Shown here: piece after piece, positions 23,886 through 36,413 of the stretch
Position numbering within the stretch: position 1 is the first letter of the stretch
Layout: the number at the start of each line of letters is the position of its first letter
Source: Eledone cirrhosa
Taxonomy: Eukaryota
Direction of reading: 5' to 3'
Assembly: GCA_964016885.1 (NCBI GenBank)
Contig: OZ024764.1
Span: 7,192,001-7,256,000 of the forward strand
DNA: 64,000 nt
Program-made: the position numbers and the translations under genes
Notes under the pieces: model-generated
What the model was told of the DNA's origin: nothing
Database searches by the model: none
What the model saw: the letters and a program-made list of their open reading frames with translations, nothing else

Positions 23886-26460
23886 ATCATCATCATCGTT
23901 TAATGTCCATCTTCCACACTAGCATGGGTTGGATGGTTTTGTCCCACTTGAGGCAAGATTGGTCAGGAGACCGTGGCAAGTTTTCTACAGCTGGATGCCC
24001 TTCCTAACACCAACCACATTTACAGTGTGGACTGGGAGCCTTTTACCATGACACCTACATGACCACTTTACAGCGTGGACTGGGTGCCTTTTGCTGTGTC
24101 ACCGACACAACCACATTACAGTGTGGACTGGGAGCCTTTTACCGTGACACCTACATGACTACTTTACAGCGTGGACTGGGTGCCTTTTGCTGTGTCACCG
24201 ACACAACCACATTACAGAGGACGGAAATGGAAGGATGGGGTAGGATGTGTGGTTTGGGGTGTATATTGGGTTAAGAGGTGCCTACTGACTGTAGGTTTAA
24301 GTTCGTATACAAGGGAAAGTGGGTCTTCTGTATTACTGCATGGCGCCAAAGATCTTGATTCATTGACATTGTCTTGGTGTAGGTGAGCAAGGTCAGTTTT
24401 TGTCACCTCGTCCCAGGTTTTTCTTGGTCTACCCACTCCGTAGCTTCCATCAATTTTCATTGCCCTGCACCTTTTTATACAGCTATCGTCCTTCATATGC
24501 ATCACATGCCACACCAACGCAATCTCCTCTGCTGCACACACATTTGATACCTCTTATGCTTAGTCTCTCTCTCAATTCGTTTATGCTCCACCTTTTGCGC
24601 ACATTGGAACATGCAAGCATCATTTCTTTCTAATCTATGCAGGTCTTCAGTACACAACACCCATGTCTCACTACCATGTAATATCGCTGTTCGTATACAT
24701 GCATTATACAATCTGCCTTTCTTTTTTAAAGAAAAACCCCTTGTGGCCAACAGCGGTATTAGCTCTCTGAACTTTTTCCATCCGGTTCTAACTCTGGCTA
24801 CTGTACTTTCAGAGCACCCTCCACCACTGTTAATTTTGTCACCCAGGTAACGGAAAGTGACTACCATTTCTATACAACCATCTGGGCAGTTGTAGGAGAT
24901 AGCATCCAGTGGGCCCTTGCTAATTACTGCACCTGAGCATCGGCCACATATAAAATCTACATTCTTAGATAGCTTACCTGTGATCCCACTACATCTTTTA
25001 TGTACCCATAGTTTGCATTTGGCGCATAAAATGGAATTTCTACCTATTCCCTTCTTACACACTGAGCATGGCCATTTTGCAGAGGGCACCTGTGCCCTAT
25101 TCTCCTTTCTACATACTAGAACTTTAGTCCTAAACAAGTTATCTCTAAGGCCTTTTGATTCTAGGCCATGCTTTCATGTTTGGAACTTCTCTAGTTCAGC
25201 CATAGATTCAGCTATGAGAGTTAGATCATCTGCACATAGAAGTTATAGCCTGTAGGACAATAATAAAGAGGAGGAGGCTAAGGACGGAGCCTTGGTGAAC
25301 ACCAACTATTACGCTAAATTCTTCCCTATGTTCATTGTTAATTCTAACCTTGCTGACTGTTTCTTTATACATGACTTGTATAGCTTTCACTAGTCATTGA
25401 TCTACTCCTAGTTTTCTAAGGACCCACCAGATAATGGAGCAGGGGACTATGTCAAAGGCTTTCTCCAAGTCAACAAAAGCTAAGTAGAGGGGTTTACTTT
25501 TTGCTAGGTACTTCTGTAGTTACCGTACAAGGAAGAGAGCATCCATGGTACTTTTACCTGGCACAAACCCAAACTGCATTTCATCTAGATCAATTTGGTA
25601 TCTAATTATTTGTGCAATAACTCTTTCAGTGACCTTCATGACCTGGTCAACTAACTTAATGTCTCTATAGTTGCCTCTATCCAGGGCGTCTCCTTTGCCC
25701 TTGTAACAGTTGATGATGATGCTGCTACGCCAGTCATTTGGTATGACCACATTCTGTATTTCTTGGTTTACTATCCGGGTGACCATAGTATGTCCCACCA
25801 TTCCAGATACCTTCAACATTTCAGCAACTATCCCCAAAGGCCCAGCTGCCTTGCCTGTCTTCATATCTCTGATTGCCTTACTTATTATACCTTCCGTTAA
25901 CTTGCACAGCTGGTCCTTCTGTTGGATCAATGTGGGGCAGACTATCTTTATTCCATTCATTCTCCTCATTCAGTAGTATTTCGTAGTGACACTTCCAAGC
26001 TACCTTCTTATCAGTATCAGTGAGGGCAAGTATACCATCGTCATTACGGACACATGTCTCCTTGACACATTGTCTCACAATCCTGAACACCTCACGTCTT
26101 TGGTACTTGCATTGTAGAACATGCTTGAACTTTCTATCCTCTGCTTCCCTCTTTGTAAAGTATACTTGTTGTCTAGCTTCTCTCCTTGCTACCCGATAGT
26201 ACTACCGCCATCCTGCCATTTTTTCCAAGCCTGCTTTTTGGCCTTGATGGACTCCACCACCTTATTGTTCCACCACCATGTCACTCTCCTCCTGCCTAAC
26301 GGCCTGCTCCAGCCACAGATTTCATCATTCACCTTCAACAGATTAACTTTCAGGAGTTCCCACTGTTCTTCTATATTGTATGTCTCTAATTGCTCTTCCT
26401 TACGATCAAAAGCATCAACTAATAGGTTTTTAAATCTTTGACAGATTTTGTTTTTAGTCC
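23886..26460 (-). mobile_element. RTE LINE (subfamily C), degraded
   Basis: KAAGP.GI, NYRDIKL, QFGF, PHD finger, GSETW; 3' UTR to (ATG)n tail. Confidence 0.9.
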
Positions 26461-26660
26461 TGCAGGATGTCCAAAGTCACCCTCCTCACCAAGAAACCTT
26501 GGTGGGGTTGCCAGTTTAGTCGCCAACGACCCGACCATGAGACAGGTTGTACTGGGAATCATGTTACCAGTAGCACCAACTGGTGACCTGACAACATACA
26601 TACATACATACATGATGGCTGCCCCCTCATTATCGAGTATAGCCAATGCACGAGAAAAAA

Positions 26661-26706
<46 letters not shown>

Positions 26707-26889
26707 CATTAATAACAATAATAATAATAATAACAATAATAATATACATATCATCATCATCATCCTCGTTTAACGTCCACTTTCCACGCTAGCATGGGTT
26801 AAACGGGAGTTGTCCCACTTGAGGCAAGGTTGGTCGGGTGACCGTGTCTCGCTCATATAGGACTATCTGGCAGGTTTTCTACGGCTGGA

Positions 26890-28730
26890 TCATCATCATC
26901 ACCGTTTTATGTCCGTTCTTCCACGCTAGCATGGGTTAGACGGGTTGTCCTGTTGTGGGCAGTGTCTGGTCGGCTGACCATGCCTTGCTCATACAGGAAC
27001 TGATCTGGCTTGATTTCTACAGCTGGATGCCCTTCTTAACACCAACCTCATTTACAGTGAGTGCTGGGTGCTTTTTCGTGGCGCCTACACATCCACTTTA
27101 CAGTGTGGGCTGGGTGCTTTTTTGCCGTGGCACCTCCACGACCACCTTGCGGTGTGGGGGCATATTGTCTATATGCTTCAGCTTGTACCCATGGGAGGTC
27201 GGGTCATCTGTATTACTGCGTGACGCCAGAAGTCACGGTCGTGTGTCATTGTCTTTGAGAGGTGTAATTGGGTAAGGTCGGCTTTTATCACCTCATCCCA
27301 GGTCATCTTGGGGCTCCCCACTCCGCGGTTTCCATCAACTTCTAGTGCTCTGCACCTTTTTATGCAGCTGTAATCCTTCATACGCATCACATGTCCATAC
27401 CAGCGCAACCGCCTCTCCTGCACACAGCATTTGATTCCTCTTATGCTCAGTCTCTCTCAATTCATATATGCTTTGTCGTTTGCGTATATTACTGTTACAC
27501 ATCCATCGGAGCATGCCGGCTTCGTTTCTCTCTAATCTACGTAAGTCTTCCACCTTCAGCGCCCAGGTCTCACTACCATGCAACATCGCTGTTTAGATAC
27601 AAGCATCATACAGTCTGCCTTTCATTCTGAGGGAGAAGCCTTTTGCAGCTAGCAGTGGTAGTAGTTCCCTAAACTTCTTCCATCCCGTTCTTACCCTAGT
27701 TATTGTACTTTCTGAACACCCACTCCCGTTGCTAATTCGGTCACCTAGGTAGCAGAAGCTGTCTACTGTTTCTTCAGGGCCCTCCCAGAGATTGGTGGTA
27801 CTTGTTTCCTGTGGCTGTTTGCTGCCTGCTGTCTCAGTACAGCTGCTGCATGTGAATCCTACATTCTTAATTAAGCTTCCTGAGATCCCGCTACATCTCT
27901 TGTGTACCCATTGTTTGCATTTGGGGCAGAGAATGGAGTTCCTACCTACACCTTTCCTACATACTGAGCAAGGCCATTTCCCTGAGGGGATCTGGGTTCT
28001 GTTTTCTCGTCTACTTACATGGACCTTAGTCTTTGTCATGTTGACTTTGAGACCCTTTCTTTCTAGTCCCTGCTTCCAAGTTTGGAATTTCTTCTCTAAT
28101 TCTACCATAGATTCAGCTATAAGTGCGAGGTCATCAGCATACAGGAGTTCCCATGGGCATCCGGTCTTAAACTCCTCCGTTATTGCCTGCAGGACTATGA
28201 TGAACAGGAGAGGGCTAAGAACAGAGCCCTGGTGGACCCCAACCTGTACGCTAAATTTCTCGCTATACTCATTGCTAATCCTAACTTTGCTGACTGCTCC
28301 CCTATACATGGCTTGTACCGCTTTCACAAGCCATTCATCTACTCCTAGTTTTCTAAGAGCCCACCAGATTACAGCACGTGGAACTCTGTCAAAGGCTTTC
28401 TCAAGGTCGACAAATGCCAAGTAGAGTGCCTTACTTTTAGCTAGGTACTTTTCCTGTAATTGCCTCACAAGGAAGAGGGCATCGGTGGTGCCTCTTCCTG
28501 GTACAAACCCAAATTGCATCTCGTCTATTTTCACCCGGTCCCTAATCAGCTGTGCCTTCAGCATCTCAGCAGCTATACCCGATGGACCGGTTGCCTCCCC
28601 ATCTTCATATCTTTGATTGCCTTACTTACTATGCTGCTGCTGACTTGTACTGCTGGTCCCTCTATAGGGTCTACTTGGGGTAGGGTCTCTTCTTCCCATG
28701 CATTCTCCTCATTTAGTAATCTATCATAAT
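26890..28730 (-). mobile_element. RTE LINE (subfamily B) with a 323-aa open RT plus PHD segment (27593-28564)
   Basis: QFGF, FVDLEKAFDRV, GVHQGSVLSPLLF, LLYADD, C4HC3 finger. Confidence 0.95.
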
Positions 28731-28734
28731 GACT

Positions 28735-30129
28735 CATGGATGCCCTTCCTAACACCAACCACATTTACAGTGTGGAACTGGAAACTTTTTACCGTGTTAC
28801 CTCCACGGCAACATTACAGCGTGGACTGTGTGTTTTTTTCTCGTGAAACCTACACAATCTCGATCTCATTTATCTCATTTATTTGGACTGGATGTTGTGG
28901 TACCAACTTTATAGAGAGGGGGTGGTGTTGGTGGGAGTGGGAGGATAGGGTAGGGGTAGTGGATTGGGGTGTATATTTGGTTAAGAGGTGCCTACTGACT
29001 GTAGGTTTCGCTTTGTACATAGGCAAGGCGGGTCTTCTGTATTACTGCGTAGCGCCAAAGATCTCGGTCCAGAGACATTGTCTTAGAGAGATGTAAGTGT
29101 GTAAGGTCGGAATTTATCAGATCATCCCAGGTTTTTCTGGGTCTACCTACTCCGTAACTACCATCAAATTAGATCGCCCTGCACTTTTTTATGTAGCTGT
29201 CATCTTTCATGCGCATCACATGACCATACCAACGTAGTCTTCTCTCAAGTAAACAGCATCTGATCTCTCTTATTCCTAATTTCTCACTTAGTTCATTTAT
29301 GCTTTGACGTTCACGTATATTACTATTAAACATCCAACAGAGCATGCATGCTTCGTTCCTTTCCAGTCTACGCAGGTCCTCTGCACGTAATGCCCATGTC
29401 TCACTGCCATGTAGCATTGCTGTTTGTATACAGGCATCATACAATCTGCCTTTCATTTTTAGAGAGAAACCTTTTGTGGCCAACAGCAGTATAAGCTCTC
29501 TGAACTTTTTCCATCCCGTTCTGACTCTGGATACTGTACTTTCAGAACACCCTCCACCACTGCTGATTTAGTCACCCAGGTAACGGAAAGTATCTACTAT
29601 TTAGAAATAGTAGACACTTTCCGTTACCTGGGTGACGAAATCAGCAGTGGTGGAGGGTGTTCTGTAGAACCATCTGGGCAATAGAAGGAACTAGTATCCT
29701 TTGGACACTTGCTACTTATTGCACCTGAGCATTGGCCACATATAAAGTCTACGTTCTTAGATAGTTTACCTGTGATCCCACTACATCTTTTATGTACCCA
29801 CACTTTGCATTTGGGACATAAAATGGAATTTCTGCCTACTCCTTCCCTACACACTGGGCATGGCCATTTCCCTGAGGGCACATGTGCCCTATTTTGCTTT
29901 CTACAAACTAGAACTTTAGTCTGACAAGTTAACTTTAAGGCCTTTTGATTCTAGGCCATGCTTCCATGTTTGGAATTTCTTCTCTAGTTCAGCCATTGAT
30001 TCAGCTATGAGCGTTAGATCATCTGTGTATAGGAGTTCCCATGGGCAGTCGATCTTGAACTCCTCTGTTATAGCCTGAAGGGCAATAATAAATAAGAGGG
30101 GGCTAAGCACAGAGCCTTGATGAATGCCA

Positions 30130-30133
<4 letters not shown>
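28735..30133 (-). mobile_element. RTE LINE (subfamily C) with internal fold-back duplication at 29543-29664
   Basis: LLYTDD, PHD finger, GSETW, WYGHVMR. Confidence 0.9.
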
Positions 30134-30177
<44 letters not shown>

Positions 30178-32139
30178 TATAAATATTCTGATGATCTGGT
30201 TAAGCTAACAACATATTTAAAACTTGCTCGGGTATCAAATAGCAGTTGTGTATAACATTTATGTCAATACTTCAGTGCTGCTTCGAAAACTATTCTTTTA
30301 CAAAATCATCGGCTTTTTCCAAAAGGGGGTTTCTGCCCCCAGTGGTCCCCTACTCAATATGTGCCAATTCTGAGAGTTCACGTTCGTCTGTAGAACAAAC
30401 GTAGCCCATGTGTCAGGTTTTGTGAAAATCAGTTGCGAACTCCAGAACGTTTTGTTGCATTGCACTGCAGTGCTTCAGTTGACTCCAAGGAAGTGGTTAA
30501 AGGGGGTTATCTGCCGGGAGGCCCTATAATCAATATCTGGAAAAATGAAAGTGCCCATGACCATCCGGAGTACATAAGTAACCTATGTCTTAAGTTTGGT
30601 GAAAATACTGTAGAAATGCATAAGGTTTATACATACGTATGCGTGCGTGTGTGTGTTTGTGGGTGTGTATGTATTTGTGTGTGCGTATGTATGTGTATGT
30701 CCGTCGGAGCATATGTATGTACTGGCCTAAATCTTCACTATTTACTTTTACTATTTTAATAACCTCTGCCATTTTGGTTTACAATTTTATTTACATCATT
30801 CTTAAACTCCGAGGCTGGAAATCATTCTGTTATTTTAAATAGAATATTAGTCTAACGACTCCATTTATACCATAAACTTGGTCTTGTCTCTGCATGAAAT
30901 TGTTCTTCTCGGTCCACATAACGACGTATTATCCTCGCTTTTTTTCTGTTCATTGCCAGTGAACGTCTTCACGAACCAAAATATCGCCTTCCTGTTTTCG
31001 TTCGGTTGCAACGTTTCTCGAAATATTTACTTCTGCGTTCACAGATTACTCTCAGTTCAATTTGAATGGGAAATTCCTGTTTCATCGATTTTCTCCGTAA
31101 CCATGGAAGCTTGTAGCTTGAAAGTCAACCCAACGCCTCCTCGGGTCATTCTGCATAACTGTATAATTGCTGCATTCCACCAAACCGTTTCGACGTTTAT
31201 CCGACTACACCTACTTATTTACTTAAATATACAACGTCCGACCACTTCCAATATATATAGTAGATTGAGTGGCACAGCTTCAAGTTTTCAGCAATTTTTA
31301 GACAACTTAATCAGTGAAACAATTGTTAATACTGTAAATAAAAACCTGTTTTTGTACTGTTGACGATGTTATTCTTCACACTTTCAATATTATTACTCCA
31401 AGATAAACTTACATAGGAATTCAAGAGAACTCAAATACTTGCCACCTACGGAAACCTCTTGTTGAGTCAATCAACGCCGTAGACTAAGACTAATCACAAT
31501 ACAGAGTATTCACAACCTCTACCTGGATTACCTATAACGATATTTTGTTATCCCTTATACGTGTATATATATATATATATATATAAATTAGCGAGAATCA
31601 CATTTCTGCTATTGGAAATTAGCGAAAAACAACTTCCGAGATGTGTGGCAAGCGCTCCATAGAAGCTAGTGAACTAGAGCAACAACATAAGTTAAAAGGC
31701 CAAACACACTGAGATGATGGTTAAACCATTATCCGCACAGCCATAGAAACGACCAAGTAATTCGGGTCTAGCCAGCCAAAATGGCAACAAGGAAGTTCGC
31801 TTGACCACGTCTTGACCAAACAAAATATAATATTTTCACCAAAAACTGCCCTTTAAACACATGTCAGATGGATTACAATATTCATTATTACAATTACTTT
31901 GACTGTTCCCTGACAACTAGTACCAGTTTCAAGATAGAATTATCTTAACGAAGTATATATAATTTGACTTGATTTTCGCCAACAAACCACGTGTGGACAT
32001 GGACGGGGAAAAAAGGAAAAAAAACAAAACAAATCACTACATCCCTTAAGGATCGCAGTAAGTACTCCACAAAACATATAAACAACAATATACACACAGA
32101 TTTATATACAGATATATACCATATGCATATACACACACG

Positions 32140-35100
32140 TGAAAAGAAACCACACTATTTTGTGTGAGAATACCGGCGAATCATGGAAAAGAGACACCAG
32201 CTGGTCTGAAAACACTGTACCCACAACAACTGACAATAAAGAAACTGAAAAAACTCTGGGAAACTAAATCAGAACAACCTGCCATCCCCTGCACATAATC
32301 ATAGACTGGAATCAAAGTACAAATTGTTGTCCTTGAATGCACGTAGTCTATGCAATAAGATTCATCTTTTTGACTCCTACGTCAAAAGTATCAACTCGGA
32401 CTTCATTACAGTCACGGAAACTTGGGCACATCCCTTACTCTGTGATGGGGTTTTCAGCATGACTGGCTACAGCCTGTTTCGTAAAGACCGTATTAATCAT
32501 GGTGGTGGTGTAATGGTCTACGTTCGGTCAAATCTGTCGGCAATTCCTTGTGCTGATTTGAACCAATCACAGCAGGAAGTTTTTTTCTGCGATATACGTA
32601 TGACCATGTCAACACTGCTACTTGGAGTCGTTTACCGTCCCCCAAATTACCATCAGGACACTCAACTTTGTGATATCTTCAGAGCTGCTGCCAGGAAGAC
32701 AGCCACTTATGTTTTCATTGCAGATGACTTCAATCACCCTGAGATTGAGTGGGAGACCTTTCGTTGGCTGCCAAGTGCAAATGACTTCCTTGAGCTGGTG
32801 CTGGACTCGAGTTTGTCCCAGGTGGTCACCTCCCCAACAAGAGGTGACAACACTTTGGACCTGCTCTTCACCACTACTCCTGAAACGGTCATTAGTGTTA
32901 CTGCTGAGGAACCTTTAGGTGACTCTGATCATGCTATGATCATTGCCAATCTATCCCTCATGGGCAGTAACAAGAACCACAACCATCTCCAAACTGCTCA
33001 CTTTGACTGGAATAAAGCAGACTGGAACTGTTACTGCACCGAGTTGCAACGGCCAAACTGGCTTGAGTTCTACGACTCTGGAGATGTCGACACTGTACTC
33101 CAGAACATCCTGAGCTCAATATGGACAGCATGTGCAGCATCGGTGCCACATAAGCGGAAAAAACATCCCAAAAGCGCAATTTGGGAGACTGCAGCAGTCC
33201 GTCTTGCCAGAAAAGAACGGCGTAATGCTGAACGTGAGTACAAATTTCACAAATCAGACATTAATAGGAAGAGGCGAAATAGATCGTCCAACCACCTCAA
33301 ACAGGTGACAAAAAAGGCAGTGCTTCAATTTGAGCAGCGCATAGCAACCAGCCCTGACAGTAAGGTGTTCTGGAAGTATGTTCACTCAAAGCAGAGGCCT
33401 CACTCTCCAGTTGGTCCTCTTCGCAATCCCCACACAAGCCAGGTTACTGACGACGCCAAGGAATGCGCAGAGCTCATTGCTGAATGCTATGCAGGCATTT
33501 TCACTATTGAAGACCAGAGTGTACCATCTCCACCACCTATGACACCGAACTCTATTACAACCATGGAATTTACACCTGCAATGCTGCGACGTCAACTAAA
33601 AAATAAACGCAACCATGTCTCTCCTGGTCTTGATGGTGTTACGTACCTGCTTCTTAAACGTGGTGGGTACTTCCTTCTACACCAGTTATCACGCTTCTTC
33701 CAATTCTGTCTGAACAACAGTGCTACTCCAGAACAGTGGAAAACTGCCAGTGTCATTCCTCTGTTCAAAAAGGGTGACCGCACATCACCTGTGAACTATC
33801 GTCCAGTCAGTCTTACTAGTTGCATCGCCAAACTGATGGAATCCTGTGTCAGAGAAACACTTTGGAACTTCTGGAGCTTTCACAGTCTTATCCGGCCCTC
33901 GCAATTTGGATTTATCCCCAACTCCAGCTGCTGTGATCAACTTATAGAGTTTCTTGAGGACATCACCCGGATCACTGATGGCGGCTCATGGGTGGATGTT
34001 GTTTACCTTGACTTTGCGAAGGCCTTCAATTCTGTGCCACACAAAAGGCTTATGGCAAAACTCTCTGCAATGGGTGTGAAGGATGATCTTTTTAACTGGT
34101 TGAAGTCCTTCATTCTCAGTCGAAGAGAGGTAGTCACGGTTCTGGGACAGCATTCCTCACCATATGAGATGTCATCTGGTGTACCACAGGGATCTGTTCT
34201 TGGCCCCCTTTTGTTTGTGGCATATATTAATGATATAGATGCCAACTTAAGGAATGCCACAGTGCTAAAGTACGCAGACGACATCAAGCTGTACCTTGAG
34301 ATAAAAAGGACAGATCCTGAACACTATAGATCTTACTTGCAGTCTGACCTGGACACAATGCAACAATGGATATCAGACTGGCAACTCAAGCTAGCTGTGG
34401 ACAAGTGCACCACCATGCATTTTGGGAGTAAAAACCCAGCGGCCACATACTCCCTCCACAGCACTAATATCAAGAAGTCTTCCTGTGAACGTGACCTGGG
34501 CATTACGGTCAGCAGCGATTTGCGTTGGATGAGGCACGTCTCTAAAATTGTCAAGAGGGCCGAGGGTGTCTTAGCATCACTCAGCAAGACCTTTGTCAGC
34601 CGCTCTCCAGATATCTATTTAAGGCTGTATACAGTTATGGTGCGACCACACTTAGAATTTGCATCACCAGTCTGGAACCCCTATCTTGCTCAGGACATTG
34701 ACCGCCTGGAAACTGTTCAGAGACGTGCAACCAAGCGAATACCCTCCATCAGGCATCTATCATACTCTGAGCGCCTTGCTTCCCTGGGTATGGATTCATT
34801 GAAGCTCCGACGCCTGGCAACTGAGTTAGTAAACACCCACAAAATTGTTAACCATGTTGCCAACAACAACCCTGAGTTCCTTTTCGATTTCCATGTGTCT
34901 AACACACGTGGACATGCCCACAAAGTAAGAAAACAGCACAGTTCCCATGACTTTCGGAAACATTTTTTCACGCTCATAGTTGCTGAAGCATGGAAGAAAC
35001 TACCTGCATCGGTTGTTAGCTGTCGAGACACTGCATCCTTTAAGGCCTCCATGCTTCCCGAGATCCGCCAACAGAACAGCTAACACATACATACATGTAC

Positions 35101-35191
35101 TTCCCTGACATTTGTGTATTATTCTATGTACTATATTGACGAGTTGTAGTGCACCTGAGCACTTTACACAATAATTTCATTATTATTATTA
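32140..35191 (+). mobile_element. CR1-clade LINE, 5'-truncated, with (ATT)n tail
   Basis: Full-length ORF2, short 3' UTR ending tttcattattattatta; 5' boundary approximate. Confidence 0.9.
32324..35083 (+). CDS. CR1 ORF2 (APE endonuclease plus reverse transcriptase), 919 aa, uninterrupted
   Basis: LNARS, VTETW, YRPP, DFN, LDL, SDH; NYRPVSL, QFGF, YLDFAKAF, GVPQGSVLGPLLF, YADD; TRGH C-terminal motif. Confidence 0.93.
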   Translation: MLSLNARSLCNKIHLFDSYVKSINSDFITVTETWAHPLLCDGVFSMTGYSLFRKDRINHGGGVMVYVRSNLSAIPCADLNQSQQEVFFCDIRMTMSTLLLGVVYRPPNYHQDTQLCDIFRAAARKTATYVFIADDFNHPEIEWETFRWLPSANDFLELVLDSSLSQVVTSPTRGDNTLDLLFTTTPETVISVTAEEPLGDSDHAMIIANLSLMGSNKNHNHLQTAHFDWNKADWNCYCTELQRPNWLEFYDSGDVDTVLQNILSSIWTACAASVPHKRKKHPKSAIWETAAVRLARKERRNAEREYKFHKSDINRKRRNRSSNHLKQVTKKAVLQFEQRIATSPDSKVFWKYVHSKQRPHSPVGPLRNPHTSQVTDDAKECAELIAECYAGIFTIEDQSVPSPPPMTPNSITTMEFTPAMLRRQLKNKRNHVSPGLDGVTYLLLKRGGYFLLHQLSRFFQFCLNNSATPEQWKTASVIPLFKKGDRTSPVNYRPVSLTSCIAKLMESCVRETLWNFWSFHSLIRPSQFGFIPNSSCCDQLIEFLEDITRITDGGSWVDVVYLDFAKAFNSVPHKRLMAKLSAMGVKDDLFNWLKSFILSRREVVTVLGQHSSPYEMSSGVPQGSVLGPLLFVAYINDIDANLRNATVLKYADDIKLYLEIKRTDPEHYRSYLQSDLDTMQQWISDWQLKLAVDKCTTMHFGSKNPAATYSLHSTNIKKSSCERDLGITVSSDLRWMRHVSKIVKRAEGVLASLSKTFVSRSPDIYLRLYTVMVRPHLEFASPVWNPYLAQDIDRLETVQRRATKRIPSIRHLSYSERLASLGMDSLKLRRLATELVNTHKIVNHVANNNPEFLFDFHVSNTRGHAHKVRKQHSSHDFRKHFFTLIVAEAWKKLPASVVSCRDTASFKASMLPEIRQQNS

Positions 35192-35574
35192 AACAAATAA
35201 AATATGATGGAAAATTATACCCGGACCCCTGGAAGGTTGGTAATATCCAGTATTGGGTTTCTGCAACTCCTAAATCAAGTACTGTCTACTTAGACAAATA
35301 ATGTTAAGCTTTTGGTATGATGATCGAACAAGGAAGTCACTTTTGCAACAGGCTTTTAGTTCAGTGCCAAGCCAAGGACTGACCGTTATCAAAACCCACG
35401 TGGGGCTTGATAGAGGGGGGGGGGGGCAGCCCTTAGTTTTGGCGGATGAATTCAGTATGTGTGTTATTGCAAAATTGCAAAATATCACAAAACGAATTAA
35501 GCTCTCAACAGAATGGTTTTAAAATTAACAAGAGCTATTAATCAGTCAATAGAATTAATATATATATATATGTG

Positions 35575-35818
35575 TGTGTGTGTGTCAATATGCGTGAACG
35601 ACAAGACCATAGATGAGTTGAGAGAGAAACTGGGGATGAGTTGTGGTGTGCAGGAGAGAACACAGATGGTATGGACAAGTGATGTGCATCGAGGATGACC
35701 GCTGGGTAAAGAGGTGCTAAAAAATCCCAGTAAAAGGAAGACCACGAAAAACATGGCCAGTGGTGGTGAGAGCCCAACCCTTGCAAGCAGGGAAAAGCGG
35801 ACATAAAATGATGATGAT
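35575..35818 (+). mobile_element. RTE subfamily A 3' fragment (paralog at about 55845-56107)
   Basis: DELREKLG region and cttgcaagcagggaaaagcggac-(ATG)n tail. Confidence 0.8.
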
Positions 35819-35941
35819 ATATATATATATATATAACGAAGGAAATGTGGTAAGGAACCAGGTGGACCATAACGCACCAAAGTACTCAATACTTGAGGTA
35901 GTAGAGTGGGTAATAGGAACCAGTAAGGGGTCTTACTGGTT

Positions 35942-35977
<36 letters not shown>

Positions 35978-36061
35978 AAGTTATATTTAAAATTGTTGGG
36001 TTACAACTAGTAAATATTTATAACTGATATAAAAGCACTCGACAAATATTTGGAGTATATT

Positions 36062-36413
36062 TACAATATTAAATAAATGGAAAACTATATTTATAAAACC
36101 ATATCTATTTCATTATATATATTTCGGGGATATCATATTAACAATATGCTATGCCTTCATCAGACAAAATACAATATAAACAGTTTTATAGATAAATATA
36201 TTCGACATACCGTAATAAACATCGACTTCATTTGCGTAAACCTCTTCAAATGAAGTCGATGTTTATTACGGTATATCGAATATATTTATCTATAAAACTG
36301 TTTATATTGTATTTTGTCTGATGAAGGCATAGCATATTGTTAATATGATATCCCCGAAATATATATAATGAAATAGATATGGTTTTATAAATATAGTTTT
36401 CCATTTATTTAAT

